Of a stretch of DNA of 64,000 nt, positions 43,042 through 53,883 are shown in pieces. Position numbers and translations under genes: made by a program. Positions within the stretch are counted from its first letter, which is position 1. Every line of letters begins with the position of its first letter. The DNA comes from Acidobacteriota bacterium (GTDB taxonomy: Bacteria > Acidobacteriota > UBA890 > WLXD01), in assembly GCA_965205505.1 (NCBI GenBank), contig CBDBHB010000009.1:256001-320000 (forward strand), in the 5' to 3' direction. Under the pieces are notes generated by a model. It ran no database searches. It saw nothing but the letters and a program-made list of their open reading frames with translations, and had not been told where the DNA came from.

Positions 43042-44009
43042 TCCCCACGCCGAGCCTACCGAGCCAGTCGCGAACCGCCTGGGCAGTGAACTCCGGTCCG
43101 TTATCCGACCGGATGTGCTCAGGTATGCCTCGGTGCACGAACAACCACCCGAGCCGCTCTAGCACGTCCTCACAGTTGAGCTTCCGCGCCACGTCGATCG
43201 CCAGGCTTTCTCGCGTGTACTCATCGACGATCGTCAGCAGCCTCATAGCTCGACCGTCGTGCCTCCGGTGGTGGACGAAGTCATACGCCCAGACGTGATC
43301 TTTGCGCTGTGATCGCAGGCGGATGCACGAGCCATCGTTGAGCCATAGCCGGGCTCGTTTGGGCTGCTTTCTCGGTACCTTCAGCCCTTCGCGCCGCCAG
43401 ATACGCTGCACTCGTTTGTGGTTCACATACCAGCCCTCCATGCGCAGCAACGCTGTTACCCTCCGATACCCGTAGCGCCCGTACTGCCGGGCTAGATCCA
43501 CGATCCGCTCCGTCAGCATCTGCTCCTGTTGCGGCCCTCTTGGCACGCACCTCTGCCTCGTGCGTGGTTGTTTCAGTACCCGACATGCCCGCCTCTCCGA
43601 TACGCTCAGCTGCCCCCGCACGTGCGCCACCGCCTCGCGCCGGCGCGCCGGGCTCAGAAGTTTCCCGACGACACCTCTTTGAGGATGGCGTTGTCGAGCA
43701 TCGTCTCCGCCAGCAGCTTCTTGAGCCGCCCGTTCTCGCGCTCCAGCTCCTTGAGTCGCCGTGCCTGATCCACCCTCAGCCCGCCGTATTCCTTACGCCA
43801 CCGGTAGTACGTGTTCTCGCTGATGCCCAGCTTCCGGCACGCCTGTGGCCTCTTGGCTCCTTGCGCCAGCTCGATCTCTGCCTCCCTGAGCTTGGCGATG
43901 ATCTGCTCTACCGTGTATCGCTTCCGGGCCATTTGTCCCCCTTCCCGAGCCTTCCTGAGTGCCTCAATTCCTAACTCTCAATCTGGCCCGATTATTGGGG
44001 GGCAGGTCA
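43042..44009 (-). mobile_element. IS407-group element truncated by the adjacent IS
   Basis: orfA 43654-43932; orfB ends at LGRLGVG; end GGGGCAGGTCA. Confidence 0.9.
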
Positions 44010-44099
44010 AACTCGATGATGCACCCGCGCGCGGGATCGGGAGCCGGAGCGCCAGCTCGAGGATCTGGTGCAAAGCTCCGGCAGCGGCGCTCGAGGGGC

Positions 44100-44285
44100 G
44101 GTCAGCGGATCGGCCACGGTGGTGGAGCCAGGCCTCGCGCGCCCGGACCTGCTCGAGCGTGAGGCGATCGCCAGCGTGCTTGCGCTCGTGGCAGTCCCGG
44201 CAGATCGGCTGGATGTTGTTGCGGTCCCAGAAGCGCTCCGGAGACAGGTGCACAGGCTCGATGTGGTCGATGTGCTCGGCGGCCG
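44100..44285 (-). pseudogene. Phage-type HNH endonuclease fragment
   Basis: HIDHIEP...FWDRNNIQPICRDCHERKH. Confidence 0.8.
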
Positions 44286-44289
44286 ACTG

Positions 44290-44482
44290 TGAAGCCCGCT
44301 TCGCCGCAGGCCTTGGACTGGACATGTGCCGGCAAACGAGCGTCACTGTGGGTGCCTTCGGCGTACCCCTCCGTTACGCATAGGACATCGCAATCGGGCT
44401 CAGCCAAGGCGGCACTGACACGGTCGCCACGCGGAGTCCGCAGTTTCGCCCATTCGGTATTCCAGGTGCCTATGCGGGGCAT
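44290..44482 (-). pseudogene. Endonuclease/exonuclease/phosphatase N-terminal fragment
   Basis: MPRIGTWNTEWA...DCDVLCVTE. Confidence 0.75.
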
Positions 44483-44567
44483 GGTTTGACTGTACCCTGC
44501 CCGCACCTCCAACCGTGCGCACAAGTTTCTCGCGGCGTGCGGGGCGCGTGTAGGGCACGCAACGGCT

Positions 44568-44882
44568 CTAACGCGGGACCTCGTTGTCGTACCCGGTCAA
44601 CTCCCAGCGCACCATCGATACCGGGATCACACCGACAGCGGCAAACTCGTCCATGAACCGCTTCAGAGTGAATCTATCTCCGAGTTGGATGGCGCGTTCG
44701 GCGAGGAGCCTCCCGATCTCGATCTTGCCCATGACGTAGCTGGTGCCGTATCCGGGCTGCGTGAGGTAGAAATGCTCCTCGCCCTGGATGGTGTCGCCGT
44801 CGGCCGGCAGCCACCCGCGCGGCATCCACTCCGAGGCAAACTCGGTCGCCTCCTGCAACGTCCACTCCTGCCCATGCTGCAT
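44568..44882 (-). pseudogene. DUF885 protein C-terminal fragment
   Basis: YLTQPGYGTSYVMGK...FTLKRFMDEF. Confidence 0.8.
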
Positions 44883-44924
44883 CAGACCACCGATCGCGCA
44901 CGCTGCACGATGTGGGGCCCGCGC

Positions 44925-45346
44925 CCGAGTTCATCGTCGGCCGGCTCAAGTCCTGGTTCGAAGCGGGGGTGCCCAATGACTCCATCTGCCTAGCTACACG
45001 GACTAACTCGCAGCTCAAGGCTCGCTATAAGGCCATCCTGGCCGCCGCGGAGATCTCCGCCGTCTACGTCGAGCGTACCCCCGCCTCCGAAAGAGGTCCC
45101 GGCGTTCGCCTTGCCAACATGCACCGAATGAAGGGCCTGGAGTTCTCTCGCGTTCTGCTCGCCGGCGTTCAGGACGGGACGATGCCACTCTCGAGCGAAC
45201 ATACGGAGGCCGCTGACGTAGCCGGCCGCGAACACTGGGAGCTAAAAGAGTGGTGCCTGTTCTATGTGGCGCAGAGCCGGGCGAGGGACGGGCTGACGAT
45301 AACGGGGTTCGGGGCCCCAAGTGAACTCGTCGAGCCACCGTCGTGA
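44925..45346 (+). pseudogene. UvrD-like helicase C-terminal fragment (copy A)
   Basis: MHRMKGLEF...LFYVAQSRARD. Confidence 0.88.
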
Positions 45347-45384
45347 TTAGGGAGGCTGGAGCTAGATCCGATCGCCGAGCGGCT

Positions 45385-45545
45385 GGGATGACGGGCTCAG
45401 GTTGATCTAGAGCGTCGGGGCAAGCTCGCGAAGGTGTTCCTCGCCAAGCCGCTCGAGCAGATAGGCCATTAGGTCGTCCTGGCGCGGTTGTCGGAACAGC
45501 ATGTGATGGACCGCCAGTGATCGTTTGAGTGCAATTAACTCACCT
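45385..45545 (-). pseudogene. SF2/SNF2-like helicase extreme C-terminal fragment
   Basis: LKRSLAVHHMLFRQPRQDDLMAYL...*INLSP. Confidence 0.55.
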
Positions 45546-45794
45546 ATGCGGAGCTGGACATAAAGCCCTCTCGAGACAGTCGAGCTGGCAGTACTCTTCG
45601 ACAATCCCCTGCTCGCCCTGTTAGCGAGCTCCGTGATGGCGCAGTGATCCGGGAGGCTGATTGCGCTCACGCTCTTCCTGCTGATGCGTCCCTGGAGTGT
45701 CTCGTGGGGCGGGGGTCCGCCGCAAAACGGATGCGAAACTCGTACTATCTGCGCGTTCTCCCGATGGTAACGCGCTAGGAGACGAGGAGCGGCG

Positions 45795-48215
45795 ATGGCC
45801 CGCCTGAAGAACGCCGACGTGCAGCCCGTGTACGACGCTGCAGACAAGTTCGTCGAGGTAGCCCTACGCGCTGCCGAATCGCTCTTCACTCCCGGGTCCT
45901 CTATTTGGACGTCCGAGAACCTAGACGACCTTCACTCTCGATTTGTTGAGAACCCGGATGAATCGTCCGACTCCTTCGACGCCAAGCTCGAGCGCCAGCT
46001 CGGGGGGGCACCCGATGCAACGACTCAGCTTGCTGCGGAGCTGATCTATGTGCATCTCCTCATTGCCCGCTCGATGAGCGGCGTTAAAAAGAGGGCACTG
46101 CTCAGTAAGGTGATTTCTTGGATGGCATCGCCCGTCGAGATCCCGGACGAGCTCGACGCTGTTCTGAATACGGGCATCGCCAGCACGGGCATGGCGTTCC
46201 TGACGTACCGGCCTTTCCAGCTTTGGATGCTGATCGACTTCATGCGTCGATGGAAAGAGATGCCCGCAGACGAGCGGGAGGACCGCCTCACCGACCCATG
46301 GAAGTTCAAGGAGACAGTCGCAGCGTCTGCGCAGAAGGCCTCGTCGCCTCAGGAGGAGGCCTTGATGCACCTCGTGTTCCCGGACACGTTCGAGCCGCTC
46401 ATCCTGCGCAGCGCCAAGAAGCGCATCGCGGAGCACTTCGCGGAGCATGTGCACACTCCAACGCCGGACGTAGACCGGCAGCTCCTTGAGATCCGCGAGG
46501 CGCTTACCCAGGAGTACGGTGCGGGATTCATGTTTTATGACCCGCCGATTGCCGTGCAGTGGCAAAAGGACTCCAGCCATTGGGGTCAGTTTGTGCACTG
46601 GGCACAGCGTTTCTACGACGTCGAGGCTCTCGAGAAGGAAGAGCGTGCCTACAAGTTCGATTGTGCGAAGCGACTTCGCGACGCGATCGGTGCAGTGCGT
46701 GAAGATCGGGACGACTGGCCCAAGACGATGCGCTGGGCGTTCGGCGGCAAGAACAACATCACCAACCACCACAGTCACGGGCCATTCCTCGACTGGTGCT
46801 CGGACGAGACGGAGACGGCGCTTGCCGCGTTGCTGTCGCTGTTCGCCGAGGAGCGGCCGCTGTCGGAGCGTATCCGAGCGTTCAGTCGGGCCTTTCCGCG
46901 TGAGGTGCTCTCGGGCCGCGGTGTCCGGTTGAACCTCATCTCTTTCATGCTGATGGGATTCGACCCGGTCGAGTATCCGCCCTACCAGTACACTCCGTAC
47001 AACAAGGTGATCGGCCTCGTCGGATTCCAGCGCCCAGGGCCCGCTAATGCCGAGGAGGTTGTGTACACCTGGGCTCTGCAATTCCTCGACGAGTTCATCG
47101 ATCAGGCCGCCAGCCGCGGATTGGAACTTCGCGATCGACTCGATGCCCAGTCGATGGTCTGGGTATTGATGACCAAGTACCGGCTCAAAGAGCTCGATCC
47201 GGCGGCGCAAGCGGCATATCTGGAGTTTCTCGGCGAGGAAGCGCCCACCTCCCCGACTGAGCCGCTCGTTGTTAAGGAGGAGCCTGATACCGACGGCGCG
47301 GAGGTTGAGACGCTGGCCGACGTCGCCGCCGAGCTCCTCATCGCCCCAACCTACCTCCGGGATATGGTGCGACTGCTCGAGGCCAAGCGGCAGATCATTT
47401 TCCACGGCCCGCCCGGCACCGGGAAGACATTCGTTGCCCTCCGGCTTGCCGAGTATCTCGCCGGCTCTTCGGACGCCGCCGACCTTGTTCAGTTCCATCC
47501 CTCCTATGCCTACGAGGACTTTGTCGAGGGCTACCGACCTCACCGCTACGAGACTGGACTAGGCTTTCGGCTGCAGGACGGTCCGCTCAAGAGGCTCGCG
47601 AAGAAGGCCGGCTCCGCGCCTGACGTGCGACACGTGCTTGTGATCGACGAGATCAACCGCGGCAACATCGCCAAGGTCTTCGGAGAACTCTATTTCCTGC
47701 TGGAGTACCGCAAGCACGAAATCCAGTTGCAGTATTCCCAGGAGCCGTTCGCGATGCCGGCGAACCTGCTCGTGATCGGCACGATGAACACAGCCGACCG
47801 GTCGATCGCTCTAGTGGACCTGGCGCTCCGGCGCCGATTCCACTTCTATCCGTTCTTCCCACACCAACCGCCGGTGGAGGGTCTTCTATCCCGCTGGCTG
47901 GAGCGAAATAGGCCGAAGATGGCGTGGGTCGCCCCGGTGCTCGATCGGCTCAACAAACTGCTGGACGACCGCGACGTGGCAGTCGGACCCAGCCACTTCA
48001 TGCGCAAGGATCTCGATGACGACTGGGTTCGTCTGATCTGGGAGCACTCGATCCTCCCCTACGTAGCCGAGCAGTTGCACGGGGAGCGGGAACGCCTGGC
48101 CGATTTTGCCCTCGACGTGCTTCGCGGCAACGAGTCAGTTTCGGCGGGAGAAGTAGAAGCTGCCGATACCGCGGGGAGTGAGGAGGCCGATGGCGAGCAC
48201 GCTGAGGCTGACTGA
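45795..48215 (+). CDS. mcrB: McrB-family AAA+ GTPase with a long N-terminal region
   Basis: GPPGTGKT, QFHPSYAYEDFVEG, IDEINRGN, MNTAD, ALRRRF. Confidence 0.95.
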   Translation: MARLKNADVQPVYDAADKFVEVALRAAESLFTPGSSIWTSENLDDLHSRFVENPDESSDSFDAKLERQLGGAPDATTQLAAELIYVHLLIARSMSGVKKRALLSKVISWMASPVEIPDELDAVLNTGIASTGMAFLTYRPFQLWMLIDFMRRWKEMPADEREDRLTDPWKFKETVAASAQKASSPQEEALMHLVFPDTFEPLILRSAKKRIAEHFAEHVHTPTPDVDRQLLEIREALTQEYGAGFMFYDPPIAVQWQKDSSHWGQFVHWAQRFYDVEALEKEERAYKFDCAKRLRDAIGAVREDRDDWPKTMRWAFGGKNNITNHHSHGPFLDWCSDETETALAALLSLFAEERPLSERIRAFSRAFPREVLSGRGVRLNLISFMLMGFDPVEYPPYQYTPYNKVIGLVGFQRPGPANAEEVVYTWALQFLDEFIDQAASRGLELRDRLDAQSMVWVLMTKYRLKELDPAAQAAYLEFLGEEAPTSPTEPLVVKEEPDTDGAEVETLADVAAELLIAPTYLRDMVRLLEAKRQIIFHGPPGTGKTFVALRLAEYLAGSSDAADLVQFHPSYAYEDFVEGYRPHRYETGLGFRLQDGPLKRLAKKAGSAPDVRHVLVIDEINRGNIAKVFGELYFLLEYRKHEIQLQYSQEPFAMPANLLVIGTMNTADRSIALVDLALRRRFHFYPFFPHQPPVEGLLSRWLERNRPKMAWVAPVLDRLNKLLDDRDVAVGPSHFMRKDLDDDWVRLIWEHSILPYVAEQLHGERERLADFALDVLRGNESVSAGEVEAADTAGSEEADGEHAEAD

Positions 48216-49410
48216 ATATCAGCGTTCTCCGGCAGTTCGCCTCGAGCCGGAGCTACGCGACGCCCTGGCCGGCGCGATTCCGGGCATCACCGTGACGCCC
48301 GTCGCCGGAGAGCGGGATGCCTATGACCTGACTCCGTCCTCCTGGATTGGCGTGGTCGCGCTGCCGGGACTGATCGTCGAGGTCCAGCCGAAGATCCCTG
48401 TGGATCGTCTGTTGTTTCTCCTCTCGTACTCGTTGCACAAGCGCGGCTGGCAAATCCAGGACGCGGCGCTCGACCCGAGCAAGGGGCTTCTCGAGGCGTT
48501 CGTGCCGATCTTCTGCGAGGTGGTCCGGCGGGGAATTCACCCAGACCTTCTTCAGGGCTACCGAACCGAGGAAGACGCTCTGCAGACGGTGCGCGGCCGC
48601 ATCCGGTTCGATGACCAGATCCGCGACCGGTTCGGCATCTTCCCGCCGATCGAAGTGCGTTACGACGAGTTCACGGTGGATACCAACATGAACCGCCTTA
48701 TCAAAGCTGCAGTGCATCGTCTGGGGCGTCTGACGGTGCGATCCGCGCAAGCGCGGTCGGAGCTCAGGCGGCTCGCTGCGCGTTTCCGGCCGGTGACGCT
48801 GGCGCCGTTCGAGGCAAGGAAGTTGCCGGAATTTTCCTACGATCGGCTCACGGACCGTTACCGGCCCGCTTTGGAATTGGCCTCGTTGGTGCTTCGGGCG
48901 ACCTCGGTAGAGTTGCGGGCCGGAGCTCTCGAGGCACCGTCGCTGCTTGTAGACATGAACCAAGTGTTCGAGGACTTCGTGGTTACGGCCCTACGTGAGG
49001 AGCTCCGCCTCGGCGAGCCAGGGTTTCCCCAGAACTGCCATGGCCATCGGATGAGACTCGACACCGGGGGACGCGTGAAGCTCGAGCCGGATCTGTCGTG
49101 GTGGGAGGCCGGTCGGTGCGTCTTCGTCGGAGATGCCAAGTACAAACGCCTCGAGACAAAGGGCTTCAAGAACGGTGATTTGTACCAGATGCTCGCCTAT
49201 TGTACGGCGGCCGATCTGCCCGGCGGCCTGCTTGTCTACGCCGCCGGCGAAGGCGATGTCGGGAACTACGAGATCGTCTATGCAGACAAGACTATCGAGG
49301 TCGTGCATCTGAACTTGGATGGCACACCTGAGACCGTGCTCAGAGAGATCGCTGCGCTTGCGGAGCGGGTGCGACGGTGGCGACAAAGTTCGATTCGATC
49401 CGCCGCCTAG
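48190..49410 (+). CDS. mcrC: McrC-family nuclease subunit
   Basis: DMNQVFEDFV, EPD..DAKYK, DLYQMLAY; overlaps mcrB; GGAGG RBS. Confidence 0.95.
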   Translation: MASTLRLTEYQRSPAVRLEPELRDALAGAIPGITVTPVAGERDAYDLTPSSWIGVVALPGLIVEVQPKIPVDRLLFLLSYSLHKRGWQIQDAALDPSKGLLEAFVPIFCEVVRRGIHPDLLQGYRTEEDALQTVRGRIRFDDQIRDRFGIFPPIEVRYDEFTVDTNMNRLIKAAVHRLGRLTVRSAQARSELRRLAARFRPVTLAPFEARKLPEFSYDRLTDRYRPALELASLVLRATSVELRAGALEAPSLLVDMNQVFEDFVVTALREELRLGEPGFPQNCHGHRMRLDTGGRVKLEPDLSWWEAGRCVFVGDAKYKRLETKGFKNGDLYQMLAYCTAADLPGGLLVYAAGEGDVGNYEIVYADKTIEVVHLNLDGTPETVLREIAALAERVRRWRQSSIRSAA

Positions 49411-49664
49411 TTGGGTAACAAAGGAAGACCCGAAATGACCGAAGAGAGCGGTGTCGGTTCGTTCGTGCCGGTAGCGGACCACCACAGCAGATACAGGTCT
49501 GAGCCGCCGAGCCGGCTACGGCATGGTCTCCACTTCAACGCGATCCCCGGTCCTGATCGGGCCGGCGACGTCGACCAGGGGCGCACGCGGCTGGGGGAAG
49601 AAAGAGCGCCGCCGACCACGCCCCGCAGGTTGAAGGCATGCTTGGGAAACATGGCCGCCTGCAC

Positions 49665-49740
49665 CAGGTTCGCCGCCCCGCTCGGTGCAGGCGGGCTGGG
49701 GCAGGTGTACCGAGCACGCGATACCACGCTGGATCGTCAT
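49665..49740 (+). pseudogene. Ser/Thr kinase N-terminal fragment
   Basis: APLGAGGLGQVYRARDTTLDR. Confidence 0.7.
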
Positions 49741-49805
49741 CCTGGACTCAGGCGGCCTTCCCTACGAAACGGAATGAGATCCCGGCGCAAGCACGTCGGC
49801 TGTGA

Positions 49806-50735
49806 CTAGTCGGCATCGTTCTTGCCTTGGTTAATGACGCTCATCGCGGTTGCCATCATCGACGCTGCATCCGCGACGCTGGCCGGCAGGATCATTGTGT
49901 TGTTGGTCTTGGCCAGCTCTCCGAACTTCTCGATGTAATCCTGCGCGACCTTCAGCTGAACCGCCGCCGGGCCGCCGGGGGCACCAATTGCTTCGGCGAC
50001 GCGAGTAATCCCGTCCGCGGTCGCGGCGGCCACGGCGAGGATCGCCTGGGCCTTCCCCTCTGCCTCGTTGATCTGCTTCTGCTTGGCGGCTTCCGAAGCC
50101 TTGATGACCTGCTGCTTGGCCCCGTCGGCCTCGTTAATTGCGGCATCGCGCTCTCCTTCCGAAGTGAGGATAACGGCACGCTTTTCGCGTTCAGCGCGCA
50201 TCTGTTTCTCCATCGCGGCGAGAACGTCCTGCGGAGGCGTGATGTTCTTGATCTCGTAGCGCAGCACCTTGATCCCCCAGGGATCGGAGGCTTTGTCAAC
50301 CTCGTCAACAACTTGAACGTTGATTGAGGTGCGCTCTTCAAAGGTGCGGTCCAGATCGATCTTGCCGATTTCACTACGCAGCGTCGTCTGGGCAAGTTGG
50401 CTAATCGCGAACATGTAGTTGCCTACACCGTAGGAGGCGCGTTTCGGGTCCATAACCTTGAGGTACAGGACTCCATCGACGCCGACTTGGACGTTGTCGC
50501 GAGTGATACAGATCTGTTCCGGAATGTCGACCGCCGTTTCCTTTAGACCGTGCCGGTAGCGAATCACGTCGAGAAACGGCAGGAGTATGTGAAATCCAGG
50601 GTCGAGTGTCTTGTGGAACCGCCCCAACCGTTCGACGACATAGGCATTCTGCTGTGGGACCACCGTCGCAGTCTTGGCAATAACGACAGCAACCAGAGCT
50701 GCGATCACGGCAAAAACGAAGACGGTCATGCTCAT
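49806..50735 (-). CDS. SPFH/stomatin-like protein (QmcA/paraslipin type)
   Basis: VVERLGRF, ITRDNV, AQTTLRSEIG, QMRAEREKRA. Confidence 0.95.
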   Translation of the reverse strand: MSMTVFVFAVIAALVAVVIAKTATVVPQQNAYVVERLGRFHKTLDPGFHILLPFLDVIRYRHGLKETAVDIPEQICITRDNVQVGVDGVLYLKVMDPKRASYGVGNYMFAISQLAQTTLRSEIGKIDLDRTFEERTSINVQVVDEVDKASDPWGIKVLRYEIKNITPPQDVLAAMEKQMRAEREKRAVILTSEGERDAAINEADGAKQQVIKASEAAKQKQINEAEGKAQAILAVAAATADGITRVAEAIGAPGGPAAVQLKVAQDYIEKFGELAKTNNTMILPASVADAASMMATAMSVINQGKNDAD

Positions 50736-51172
50736 GTCTGGCTCCTCCGAATGTAGAGTTTCAACCCGTCGACCTGCTCAACTACGCCCTTGTCACCTTG
50801 AGCAAGAACCTCTGTTCCTACATTCTCCGCACCCCAGGAGGTTTCGCGAAGCTCAGCCCTGCCATCGGCTCCGGGAGCGATGTCCTCCGCGACGACCACC
50901 GGCACGCCCACCAGCGAGTCAACCTGTCCAGCATCGTCTCCAGTCGTTTCCAGTCTTCGGAGAATCGGCCCGCGCAGGGTAAGAAGGGACACCACAGAGA
51001 GTACCGAGCACATGGCCCACTGAAACCAAACGGGTCCGCCGATACCGAGCGATACTAGTACCCCAACGACGACAGCGGCGGCACCAAAGAAGAGCAGGAT
51101 GATGCCCCCCGGAACGATGACCTCGAAGGCGAGCAGCCCCAGCCCGACGAGTATCCAGATCCACCAATCCAT
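50732..51172 (-). CDS. NfeD-family protein
   Basis: MDWWIWILVG..E; C-terminal OB-fold pattern; ATGA overlap with the SPFH gene. Confidence 0.92.
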   Translation of the reverse strand: MDWWIWILVGLGLLAFEVIVPGGIILLFFGAAAVVVGVLVSLGIGGPVWFQWAMCSVLSVVSLLTLRGPILRRLETTGDDAGQVDSLVGVPVVVAEDIAPGADGRAELRETSWGAENVGTEVLAQGDKGVVEQVDGLKLYIRRSQT

Positions 51173-51344
51173 GCCAGATCTCCTTCGGTCGGCAAGTCGG
51201 ATTCCACATACATCTACTGGGAGGGTACTCCCCATGAACTCCAATCCGGACCACTAGCACAGAAGCTCGCAGCGACTAGCTCTCGTCGAACCCCCACTGC
51301 TCGTCAGAGAGCGTGAGCATCGCGGCTCCGTTAGTCGTCACCGA

Positions 51345-51470
51345 CCTGATGCTATCGCGAATCTCCTACGACTTCAGCACCCGGCTGTTCCTTGCCGCCC
51401 TCATCCAATACGACAATCAGACGGATCAAGTACTGTCCAACATCCGGCTCAACTTCATCCACACGCCGGG
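51345..51470 (+). pseudogene. DUF5916-type beta-barrel C-terminal fragment
   Basis: RISYDFSTRLFLAALIQYD...NIRLNFIHTPG. Confidence 0.65.
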
Positions 51471-52130
51471 CGCCGTCCGCGAGCGCTCCCTTGGCAACGA
51501 AGAGCTCATCCTCGCTCGCTCGCGTGTCACGGATCTTGTGCAGCTCCCGGAAGGTACGCTCCACCAGCAAGCGCCCGGCCTCGGGTCGCCCGGAGGAGCG
51601 GAACGTGTAGCTCCCGGGGACCTCGCACGCCGGGTTCCAGGAACGAGCTGTTGTCGTTGGTGATAACGCTCAGCGCCGTCGGCGTTGGCCGCGGCCGTAT
51701 CGTCAGCCGACGGACTACGGCCGAACGGATGGTCGCGGAACAAGCGGCTGTCGAACGAGGCGATCGCCCCGGCGATCGAGCTCCCCCAGTCGATTCCCTC
51801 GGTCTGAGACCTGCGCCCCATTGCCGCGGCCGATGCGACGCCGAACGCGGGCGCCTGCAGGACGGCCGCGAACAGGTCGAGCGCCCGCCATGCATCTTCG
51901 GCGGGCACATCGAGGCTCACCCCGGTCTCCTCGCGTCCCACGCTCACCGTGTACGCGGCTGCCATCTCGTCGAGCGCCGCACGGAAGTCTGCCACGGACA
52001 TTGGATGCCGGACCGCGCCGCAGCGCCGCAGCCACGGCTGTGGAGCGCCATCGCCGCCGCGATGAGGAAGCGCCGGTTGATCATGGCCCGTCCTCCGAGG
52101 CAGGTCGCCGCGGCGTTCGTGAGCGCGCCA
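51471..52130 (-). pseudogene. M16 (insulinase) peptidase fragments
   Basis: LDVPAEDAWRALDLFAAVLQAPAF...LFRDHPFGR; frameshifts. Confidence 0.55.
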
Positions 52131-52394
52131 CGCCCACCGAGCGGTTATCGGGCACGAAGTAGAGCTGCGCGACTTGGGCGATGTGGATGTTCTTACTCCA
52201 CCCAATGTGGGCTTTAGTTTTCGCGACGCTGCCGGGCGCTCAACAGAACTGTTGCTCCCTAATTCCGACATACTAGTGCGCGTCGCGGCTATGTGTGATT
52301 TGGAAACGCTCGACTCATTGAGAAAAAGAGCGCCCGGGTGACCCTGCGTTACTGGCCGAATTGCAGCCGTGCCACTGCACCTCGAGCAGCAAGC

Positions 52395-52640
52395 TCACCG
52401 CAGGCTCTTGGTATCAGCCAGGATCGACTTCCAGGCCAAGAAGTCCGCCACGGCCTCCAACAAGCTCTCCAGCTCCCTTTCATCCGCTGCCAGGAACACC
52501 AGCGTGTTGCGATGCAACCGGGGCGAAGTGCCCCGGTTCGGCATGATGTCTGCCGTACTCTCCAAAGCAGCCGATTCCTGCTGCCGATGTCTATGGCTCA
52601 CATCGGGTGGAACAATGACGAGCCTGCACCCCGTTCGGCA
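52395..52640 (-). pseudogene. DUF499 ATPase internal fragment
   Basis: NRGTSPRLHRNTLVFLAAD...AVADFLAWKSIL. Confidence 0.75.
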
Positions 52641-52667
52641 ATCGGATCCAACTCCAGCCTCCCCGGT

Positions 52668-53420
52668 TCACGACCGTGGCTCCGCTAATCGGCTGGGAGA
52701 CCCGAACCCCGTGACCGCCAGCCCGTCCCTCGCCCGCCTCTGCGCCACATAGAACAGGCACCTCTCTTTTAGCTCCCAGTCTTCGCGGCCGGCTACGTCA
52801 GCGGCCTCCGTATGTTCGCTCGAGAGTGGCATCAACCCGTCCTGAACGCCGGCCAGCAGAACGCGAGAGAACTCCATGCCCTTCATGCGGTGCATGGTGG
52901 CGAGGCGAACGCCCGGGCCTCTTTCGGAAGTCGGCGTACGCTCGACGTAGACGGTGTGAATGTCTGCGGCGGACAGGATGGTTTCGTACCGATCCTTGAG
53001 CTGCGAGTTAGTCCGTGTAGCCAGGCAGATGGAGTCATTGGGCACCCCCTCTTTGAACCAGGACTTGAGCCGGCCAACGATGAACTCGGCCTCCTCGGTC
53101 TCGCGCTCGAAGTGACGAAACTGCGGCTCCGGGCCGTAGCGCATAGAGAAGTCGTACTTGAGAGTGTCGGTGCCGAGATCGAGGTCGTCGACTTCATGGC
53201 CTTCTAGGACTCGTTCGGCGGAGCGGCGGATTTCGGCGGTCGTGCGGTAGTTGAGCTGGAGGCGGCGGATGCGGCGGCCGACTTCAATGCCGCAGTGACT
53301 GAGGCTGGTGGGGAAACCGTAGATTCGCTGATGGGCGTCGCCGACCAGGAAGAGGCTGTTGTGGCTGTCCGGAGCGATGGCAGCGAGGAGCTTGAGAGCG
53401 TTAGGGGCGTCCGTCTTGGA
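52668..53420 (-). pseudogene. UvrD-like helicase C-terminal fragment (copy B)
   Basis: LVGDAHQRIY, LNYRTT, TMHRMKGMEF, YVAQRRARD. Confidence 0.9.
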
Positions 53421-53541
53421 CCTCGTCTGCAAGGACGGCGCGGTAGGGCAACCTTGTTGAATATCTCGACATCATTCGCGAGGCCACGCATCGCTGCCTC
53501 TGATGCCCCATCTTCCGGTCGCTAGCACAGGGAGCCGACCT

Positions 53542-53829
53542 TCACCGGCGCGCCCGTGCCGTACCCTTCACCCATCCTGCTCCTCCAGGTGCCCAGGGTA
53601 CTGCCTGGTCCCATAGTGCATCCAGGGCTTCTGTGTCGCCGGCAGCGCGGGCGCGTACCAGCGCCGACAGGAGCGCACCATCCATCCGGAACACGTCTGT
53701 GCGCCGGTACCAGGTCGGTGGCGCTCCAGCCGCGGTGAGCTCCACTGCCTGATCGGTCACGGACAGCACACGCAGCGCTGCGGCGCGCCCATCCGCCATG
53801 CGGCACACAACCAGCTGGCCTCTCTTCAT
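53542..53829 (-). CDS. Hypothetical protein
   Basis: Plausible 95-aa ORF, divergent from 53884. Confidence 0.45.
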   Translation of the reverse strand: MKRGQLVVCRMADGRAAALRVLSVTDQAVELTAAGAPPTWYRRTDVFRMDGALLSALVRARAAGDTEALDALWDQAVPWAPGGAGWVKGTARARR

Positions 53830-53883
53830 GCAGCACGATAAGAGCTTACGCTAGGAAGTTCCGGATGGAACTTTAACCTACTG

